DNA of 20,000 nucleotides from an uncultured virus (IMG/VR IMGVR_UViG_3300032050_009172) (Duplodnaviria; Heunggongvirae; Uroviricota; Caudoviricetes), in IMG/VR virus record IMGVR_UViG_3300032050_009172; one strand, given 5' to 3'. Shown here piece after piece: positions 14,672-20,000 of the stretch (its first letter is position 1; the number at the start of each line of letters is the position of its first letter). A program made the position numbers and the translations under genes. The notes under the pieces are model-generated. The model was given only the letters and a program-made list of their open reading frames with translations. It was not told where the DNA came from and searched no databases.

Positions 14672-14980
14672 ATGTCCAAAGTAACTGTCAAAAAGAACTT
14701 GATCATCTTTCACAACCCCGGAGAGTGGTCGGACATCTATGCCATGATTCTTCGAGACTTTGGCATGAAAATGGCACTGCGGACTCAGCTTCGAAAAGAG
14801 ATGGGTTTCACGTATCGGCACCATCGTGGCTTGGTTGCAAACGAGCATCCATACAAAGACGGTCCCAGCATGCACTACGAACAGCAAGTGCATGTTGACT
14901 TCTTTAGCGAAGCCGCACAAAGTTGGTTCCAGCTCAAATACCTGAACAGACCCACAACTAATACTGAAGTCGTAAGTTGA
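14672..14980 (+). CDS. Hypothetical protein, 102 aa
   Basis: Fills the gap between ATPase and vWA genes. Confidence 0.75.
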   Translation: MSKVTVKKNLIIFHNPGEWSDIYAMILRDFGMKMALRTQLRKEMGFTYRHHRGLVANEHPYKDGPSMHYEQQVHVDFFSEAAQSWFQLKYLNRPTTNTEVVS

Positions 14981-15005
14981 CGAATAAATCATCTTTTGCT
15001 ATAAT
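14977..15005 (+). promoter_or_regulatory. Sigma70-type early promoter
   Basis: TTGACG-AATAAATCATCTTTTGC-TATAAT. Confidence 0.8.
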
Positions 15006-15030
15006 ATACACATCAACTAAGGAACAGCCC

Positions 15031-16341
15031 ATGCAATATTTCAATCCAGACATGTTATATGCCAAAGCAGGCACCACTGCTGACTCCAAAGAAGCAGACA
15101 AGTTTAAAAATCTATTGGGCAAGATGGATCCCAAACTGGATCGCGAGGTGCGTGAACAATTGATTACTGCCCGTGTGGGTTTGTTGCTTAAGGCCAGTTT
15201 CTTTGGCAATCTTGCTACTCGTTTGAAGTTGGTGAACGCTGACGAATGGTGTCCTACTGCCGCAACGGATGGACGCAATTTCTACTATAACTGCAAGTTC
15301 ATTAAATTGCTCAAGCCCAAAGAAGTTGAATTCTTGTTTGGACATGAGGTGTTGCATTGTGTGTATGACCACTTTGGACGCCGTGGCGAGCGGGACCCGC
15401 AGATTTGGAACGTTGCCAATGACTTCTGTGTTAACGCAGACTTGAAAAAGCACAATGTGGGTGAGTTCATTACTTCCGTGCCTTGCCTGTATGACAAGAA
15501 GTATGAGGGTATGAGTTCGGAGGAAGTGTATGATGACTTGATGAAGAACGCCAAGAAAATTAACTTGAGCGACCTTGTTGACAAGTTGTTGGACGACCAT
15601 CTGGACGGTGATGGCGATCCCGCAGATGGTGACGGAGACGGAGACGAGGAAGGCAAAGGCAAGGGTCGCCCCAAACTCACACCCGAAGAGCGTCAAGCAA
15701 TTAAGGACGAGATCAAGGAAGCCATGTTAGCGGCTGCCGCTACAGTGGATGGAGCAGGTAACTTGCCCGCAGGTGTCAAACGTCTGATTCAGGACTTGAC
15801 CGAGCCCAAGATGAACTGGCGCGAATTGCTCCGTATGCAATTGGAGTCAACCATCAAGTCAGACTACACATGGATGCGAGCCAGCCGCAAAGGTTGGCAC
15901 ATGGATGCTGTGATGCCAGGCATGAAGCTGGATCCTATGATTGATATTGCAGTGGCGTTGGATGCAAGTGGATCCATTAGCGAGAGCATGCTCAAGGACT
16001 TCTTAAGCGAAATCCAAGGCATCATGGAATCGTTCCCTGCATACCGAATCCATGTGGTTACCTTTGATACCGAGTGTTATAACCCTGCACAATACGACTC
16101 GGACAATTTGGACGGTATTTGTGATTACGAAGTCGCAGGTGGCGGCGGAACAGACTTTGATGCTATCTTCCGCTATCTCAAAGAAAATGAAATTGAGCCC
16201 AAGCGTCTGGTTGTGTTTACAGACGGCTACCCGTTTGGTTCGTGGGGTGATGAGAATTATGCAGACACTGTATGGATACTGCATGGCACCGACAGCATTG
16301 TTCCGCCCTGGGGTCAATACGCCTACTACGAGGAAAAGTAA
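15031..16341 (+). CDS. DUF2201-like protein: HExxH metallopeptidase domain plus C-terminal vWA domain
   Basis: TAATDG, HEVLH, WNVAND, MIDAS DASGSIS, GGGGTDF, VVFTDG; start reassigned to ATG 15031 after TAAGGA. Confidence 0.9.
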   Translation: MQYFNPDMLYAKAGTTADSKEADKFKNLLGKMDPKLDREVREQLITARVGLLLKASFFGNLATRLKLVNADEWCPTAATDGRNFYYNCKFIKLLKPKEVEFLFGHEVLHCVYDHFGRRGERDPQIWNVANDFCVNADLKKHNVGEFITSVPCLYDKKYEGMSSEEVYDDLMKNAKKINLSDLVDKLLDDHLDGDGDPADGDGDGDEEGKGKGRPKLTPEERQAIKDEIKEAMLAAAATVDGAGNLPAGVKRLIQDLTEPKMNWRELLRMQLESTIKSDYTWMRASRKGWHMDAVMPGMKLDPMIDIAVALDASGSISESMLKDFLSEIQGIMESFPAYRIHVVTFDTECYNPAQYDSDNLDGICDYEVAGGGGTDFDAIFRYLKENEIEPKRLVVFTDGYPFGSWGDENYADTVWILHGTDSIVPPWGQYAYYEEK

Positions 16342-16342
16342 G

Positions 16343-16567
16343 ATGACACAATCTGCAAACGGCGTGGAAGGGCATTTGATCTACAGTGCATTACTTGACA
16401 CCTATTTGTTTAGAGTATACAATAGCAGTGGAGACTTTGTTGACTACGACATCGCTCACAGTGATTTGTGTGTGACCATAACAGATCCAGATGCGCATTT
16501 TTATCGCCGCGATGATCAAGATGTGTTGGATCATGCTCCTGCAACATTAGGAATTGAAGATGTATAG
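16343..16567 (+). CDS. Hypothetical protein, 74 aa
   Basis: ATG 1 nt after preceding stop; GAGGA RBS. Confidence 0.7.
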   Translation: MTQSANGVEGHLIYSALLDTYLFRVYNSSGDFVDYDIAHSDLCVTITDPDAHFYRRDDQDVLDHAPATLGIEDV

Positions 16568-16787
16568 AACTATTACCACAGAAGTAGAAGTAGATGTTGA
16601 TCTTGGTGACTTTGATACTGAAGATCTCTTAGAAGAACTAGAGTCTAGAGCCGAGTTGCCTGTTGACAGTTCGCATGGTGCCAAAGATTTGTTGAACGCT
16701 ATTTGGCTTAAACGCAGAATGGGTCGTACAGATTATCAAACAGAGCTGGATCAACTTATCTATGCAGGACTAGGACAAATTGTATGA
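16560..16787 (+). CDS. Acidic hypothetical protein
   Basis: AGGA RBS; overlaps neighbours. Confidence 0.75.
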   Translation: MYRTITTEVEVDVDLGDFDTEDLLEELESRAELPVDSSHGAKDLLNAIWLKRRMGRTDYQTELDQLIYAGLGQIV

Positions 16788-16927
16788 TGGATTTATGGGA
16801 AGCCGTAAAGTGGTTGCTGTATGGATTTATTGCGGGCTTTTTCTTTATTCCTGTGGTGACCATGCTCCGCCGAGTGTATGCAGAGTTCAAACTGGCACGT
16901 GATGAATGGAGTCAGCCCCGTGGGTAA
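16784..16927 (+). CDS. Small membrane protein, 47 aa (absent from ORF track)
   Basis: MMDLWEAVKWLLYGFIAGFFFIPVVTMLRRVYAEFKLARDEWSQPRG; ATGA overlap, AGGA RBS. Confidence 0.65.
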   Translation: MMDLWEAVKWLLYGFIAGFFFIPVVTMLRRVYAEFKLARDEWSQPRG

Positions 16928-17159
16928 TCAAACTGATTATTTTAATCGTGTGGGATATAAGCCAACTTGGTTTATAGGAGACCGTGTGCAAGGCACTTGG
17001 AACAAAATTCCATTCCGAGGCACTGTAGGCAATGACACGCAGATAAACTTAGTAGAAGGTCCGCGTGTGAGTGTGCATTTGGATTTGCCTATCAAGCTGG
17101 ATGGCCGAGTGCATAATTTTATTTTTGTGAAACCCAAAGAACTAAAGGAGTTCAAATGA
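16920..17159 (+). CDS. Hypothetical protein, 79 aa, possibly small beta-barrel (GTG start)
   Basis: GGAG upstream of GTG; IGDRV...GTVG pattern. Confidence 0.7.
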   Translation: MGNQTDYFNRVGYKPTWFIGDRVQGTWNKIPFRGTVGNDTQINLVEGPRVSVHLDLPIKLDGRVHNFIFVKPKELKEFK

Positions 17160-17344
17160 GTGACCGTTTTGATTTTGAGCAAGAAATTATGGAGTGCTGG
17201 AAGATCACGAATGATTTGCAAATGTACATTGATCAAGGTGCCAGCATTGAAGACACCAAGGTCCTGATTGACTACTACGAACGCAAGTTCCAAAAAGTCT
17301 GGGATACCTTTGAAACACTGATCCACGAGCGTAAGATCCTGTGA
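17156..17344 (+). CDS. Hypothetical phage protein
   Basis: AAGGAG RBS; DRFDFEQEIMECW motif. Confidence 0.8.
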   Translation: MSDRFDFEQEIMECWKITNDLQMYIDQGASIEDTKVLIDYYERKFQKVWDTFETLIHERKIL

Positions 17345-17547
17345 GCGATCATCTTGACGTAATTGATCGAGCACGCCGCATGCAGGACTTTGAAGTGCAG
17401 GTGGAAGTGCCAGAAGATTTTTGTTTTACTGGTAGCATACCTTACGACATGGAGATAGTGAGCAACCAGGCATTTGTGATAGTGCCTGCGCTGACCATTG
17501 AAGAGGCTGTCCAAAAGGCCAACAAATTCTTCCAAAATACCCCATAA
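17341..17547 (+). CDS. Hypothetical protein (GTG start)
   Basis: GTGA overlap with preceding stop. Confidence 0.7.
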   Translation: MSDHLDVIDRARRMQDFEVQVEVPEDFCFTGSIPYDMEIVSNQAFVIVPALTIEEAVQKANKFFQNTP

Positions 17548-17585
17548 AAACATTTCCGTCAGATGTTTATATATTAAATATCTGT

Positions 17586-17780
17586 ATGGAAAATGTACAA
17601 CTTACCCTAGCCGATATGGCTTCAATGAAGTCGCTTCTCGAAGCGGCTTGCAATCGGGGTGCATTCAAAGCAGCCGAAATGAGCACTGTTGGTGGACTCT
17701 ATGACAAACTGTCTAAGTTTCTCGACCATAGTCAAGCTCAACTACAAGCACAACAAGCACAAGGAGATCAAAATGCTTAA
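17586..17780 (+). CDS. Hypothetical protein, 64 aa
   Basis: TAAATA 5 nt upstream; RGAFKAAEM..VG.LYDKL. Confidence 0.8.
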   Translation: MENVQLTLADMASMKSLLEAACNRGAFKAAEMSTVGGLYDKLSKFLDHSQAQLQAQQAQGDQNA

Positions 17781-18501
17781 ACACGTAGGACGTCACGGCG
17801 ATCGAAAGGTCGCAATTATATTCAGAGAGATACCTGGCGAAGATCACATGTGCCTTGTAATTTATCCAGATGTGTTGCCCACACACATTCATGATACCGT
17901 AATGAGAGTGTTAGAAAGTCCAACAGGACAACAAGAAACTTCATTAGCCAATGCATTACATCGTAGCTTGCTGCCTGATGGTCGTGCAATCCTTGAAGCA
18001 TTGCACAAAGAAGGCATGCTTAAAAAGATTCCTACCAATCAAGTTATTGTTACTCCTACCACAACCAGTTCAGTCAAGCTAGACGAACTCAATCGACTGG
18101 TCAAAGAAATGGAATCAGGTCAAGATGCTGCCAAACGCATGGCTGATCTAGATTCAAATTCTGGCTTGGTTGATCCTGCGCAAAAGCGCCAGGCCGAGCA
18201 AGAGTTCAAACGTCAACGTTTAGAACAAGAAGCTGCTCAACAACGTGCCGGCATGCCAGTCATGCAAGCCGATGCCTCCAATGCACTGGATGACAAAACA
18301 CTTGCATCAAATATGTTAACGCAAGCCAAGCGCATGGAAGCTGACGCACAGGGCTTGATCAACGAAGCTGCTAGAATGAAAAAAGAAGCTGAACGTATGT
18401 TTCCTGGAGTGGTTGTAAACAACACCGTGCAAGCACCTGTGGCTGCACCAGCAAAGAAACGTGGTCGACCTGCCAAGGTAACCGCACATGCCGTTCAGTG
18501 A
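17773..18501 (+). CDS. Hypothetical phage protein with coiled-coil and basic AT-hook-like tail
   Basis: AAGGAG RBS before MLKHVGRHG; C-terminal KKRGRPAK. Confidence 0.8.
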   Translation: MLKHVGRHGDRKVAIIFREIPGEDHMCLVIYPDVLPTHIHDTVMRVLESPTGQQETSLANALHRSLLPDGRAILEALHKEGMLKKIPTNQVIVTPTTTSSVKLDELNRLVKEMESGQDAAKRMADLDSNSGLVDPAQKRQAEQEFKRQRLEQEAAQQRAGMPVMQADASNALDDKTLASNMLTQAKRMEADAQGLINEAARMKKEAERMFPGVVVNNTVQAPVAAPAKKRGRPAKVTAHAVQ

Positions 18502-18793
18502 CGAATTTCTAGCCAAGTGGGAGCACCTCATTGATGAGGTTACCAAAACACAAATTCCACTTGAATGTATTAAAAAAGTGGTGATTCGGCAGAAAGGTGG
18601 CAAACAGAAAACCATCAATCTGCAGACACTGCGGCGCCAGGGTCTCGACAGTGAAGAACTAGAGATTGTTGTGGGCCGCACACTTAGTGAAATTGAAGCT
18701 GATCTTCATACCGTTAACTTTATTGTTGATGCCGCGGCTGTTGCCGAAATTGTACAACCCGAAACTGATAAAATTCTTATCAAATTAAAATGA
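18488..18793 (+). CDS. Hypothetical protein, 101 aa
   Basis: Overlaps both neighbours in an operon-like arrangement. Confidence 0.78.
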   Translation: MPFSDEFLAKWEHLIDEVTKTQIPLECIKKVVIRQKGGKQKTINLQTLRRQGLDSEELEIVVGRTLSEIEADLHTVNFIVDAAAVAEIVQPETDKILIKLK

Positions 18794-19482
18794 ATGTTAA
18801 GCTACTTTCCTACAGTCAACCAACTGAATCATTTAGATCCCAAGGTGTTGATGACGCTCAGGAACTCATTGCGTATTGCGCCCGTGTGTCCAACCCAGCC
18901 AATCAATTCAACACAGACACAAGCGAACGACTCATCAGATACCTTATCAAGCACCAGCACTGGAGCCCACTCGAAATGGTCTCTGCCTGCATGGAAATTG
19001 TCACCACCCGTGACATTGCGCGACAGATTCTACGTCACAGAAGTTTCAGCTTTCAAGAGTTCTCCCAGCGATATGCTGATCCTACAGCTGAACTCGATGA
19101 GGCGTTTGTGTTACGTGAGGCACGATTCCAAGACACCCGGAATAGACAGAACAGCGTAGACTTGGACATGGAGGATGAGGAGCAGAAGCTTCTTGCTTAC
19201 GAGTGGGAACGTGCTCAAAAGCGTGTGTTGTATGCTGTGAAGAAAGAGTACAAGTGGGCTATTGACAACGGTATTGCCAAAGAACAAGCTCGTGCAGTGT
19301 TGCCCGAAGGTCTCACTGTTAGCCGCATGTACATGAACGGTACATTGCGCTCGTGGATACATTACATCGAACTTCGTGCCAGCAATGGCACCCAAAAAGA
19401 ACACATGGATATTGCCCGTGCTTGTGCCCAGGCCATTACTGCAATCTTTCCAATGGCTGCAGACTTGGTTGCACAATCATAG
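18790..19482 (+). CDS. thyX: FAD-dependent thymidylate synthase
   Basis: HWSPLE, RQILRHRSFSFQEFSQRY signature, KEQARAVLP, LR..NGTQKEH. Confidence 0.96.
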   Translation: MNVKLLSYSQPTESFRSQGVDDAQELIAYCARVSNPANQFNTDTSERLIRYLIKHQHWSPLEMVSACMEIVTTRDIARQILRHRSFSFQEFSQRYADPTAELDEAFVLREARFQDTRNRQNSVDLDMEDEEQKLLAYEWERAQKRVLYAVKKEYKWAIDNGIAKEQARAVLPEGLTVSRMYMNGTLRSWIHYIELRASNGTQKEHMDIARACAQAITAIFPMAADLVAQS

Positions 19483-19497
19483 TCGGTGTGCTATACT
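19469..19497 (+). promoter_or_regulatory. Sigma70-type promoter, probably giving a leaderless mRNA
   Basis: TTGCAC-17 nt-TATACT with TG extension; ATG 5 nt downstream. Confidence 0.55.
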
Positions 19498-19502
19498 AGC
19501 AC

Positions 19503-19832
19503 ATGGGCATCACACAAGATCATACCAAACCCACTCACTGGCAACCATCTCAAACCAAATGGGTTGATGGTAAATGGATCAGTTTCCGTGATGTTATAGT
19601 ACACACCATCCGCATGGGCGATGTTGAAGATCCAGACCTGTTTGTGGCACAGCCCATTTACGAATGGCAAGAAAGTGATGCTGGTAAATTCGTCATGGAA
19701 CATGCTGTGGAAAAACCTTACTGGCACAGAACTACTGACTATGCCAGTTACGGGCATCGTTATGATATTGTGGCCAGACTCAGCGAACAGAATGAATGTT
19801 TCTGGAGGCTCAAATGGGGTGGCAACCAGTAA
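19503..19832 (+). CDS. Hypothetical phage protein
   Basis: GDVEDPDLFVAQPIYEW...GKFVMEH...F.LKW. Confidence 0.8.
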   Translation: MGITQDHTKPTHWQPSQTKWVDGKWISFRDVIVHTIRMGDVEDPDLFVAQPIYEWQESDAGKFVMEHAVEKPYWHRTTDYASYGHRYDIVARLSEQNECFWRLKWGGNQ

Positions 19833-20000
19833 TAGAATATGCCGACGAGTCAGATATAGTTCTCCCACCTCCGGTGCGCAAGCAGGTATGGGATGGTGAA
19901 AAGTTTGTGCCAATGACACTGTACAAACACAAAGGTGTGCATACTATAGAGCAAGAGCGTTGGTTGATCGAAACTTATGGCTATCCAGGACAATATATCA
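19814..20000 (+). CDS. Hypothetical protein, truncated by window end
   Basis: GGAGG RBS; MGWQPVIEYADESDIVLPPPVRKQVWDG... open to the end. Confidence 0.7.
   Translation, partial: MGWQPVIEYADESDIVLPPPVRKQVWDGEKFVPMTLYKHKGVHTIEQERWLIETYGYPGQYI

Noticed and set aside
14977..15030. TTG start for the vWA gene given in the ORF track
   Set aside because: That TTG is the -35 box of the promoter; the SD points to ATG 15031
13726..16317. Several long antisense ORFs over the ATPase and vWA genes
   Set aside because: Expected by-product of codon bias in the sense genes; no RBS or motifs

Overview
Segment of a large (jumbo/T4-like) tailed-phage genome, probably infecting a proteobacterium (inference from the rubrerythrin and RpoZ sequences). 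The left part holds a truncated twitch-type radical SAM gene and an array of 17 CCA-ending tRNA genes (1105-4968) interspersed with small CDSs, a SAM methyltransferase and a YkuK RNase H-like gene. The middle holds rubrerythrin/rubredoxin, a phage RNA polymerase omega subunit, DUF2452, a metallophosphoesterase and a tailoring-enzyme cluster (two TauD-like dioxygenases with an unusual H-C-N motif, two membrane desaturases, a hexapeptide acyltransferase, an Asp/Asn-hydroxylase-like enzyme). The right part holds a MoxR AAA+ / DUF2201 peptidase-vWA pair, small hypothetical genes and thyX. Most novel: three unannotated intergenic RNAs that I hand-fold into multi-helix structures with loop-loop pseudoknots (1176-1270, 2209-2392, 8631-8733); non-canonical tRNAs (Ile-UAU with a long variable arm, two Leu tRNAs without one); and a regulatory grammar of TAAATA late promoters with apparently leaderless genes, a conserved sigma70 promoter family, a palindromic operator and promoter-in-hairpin elements. 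All family calls come from motif recognition by eye; no searches were run.
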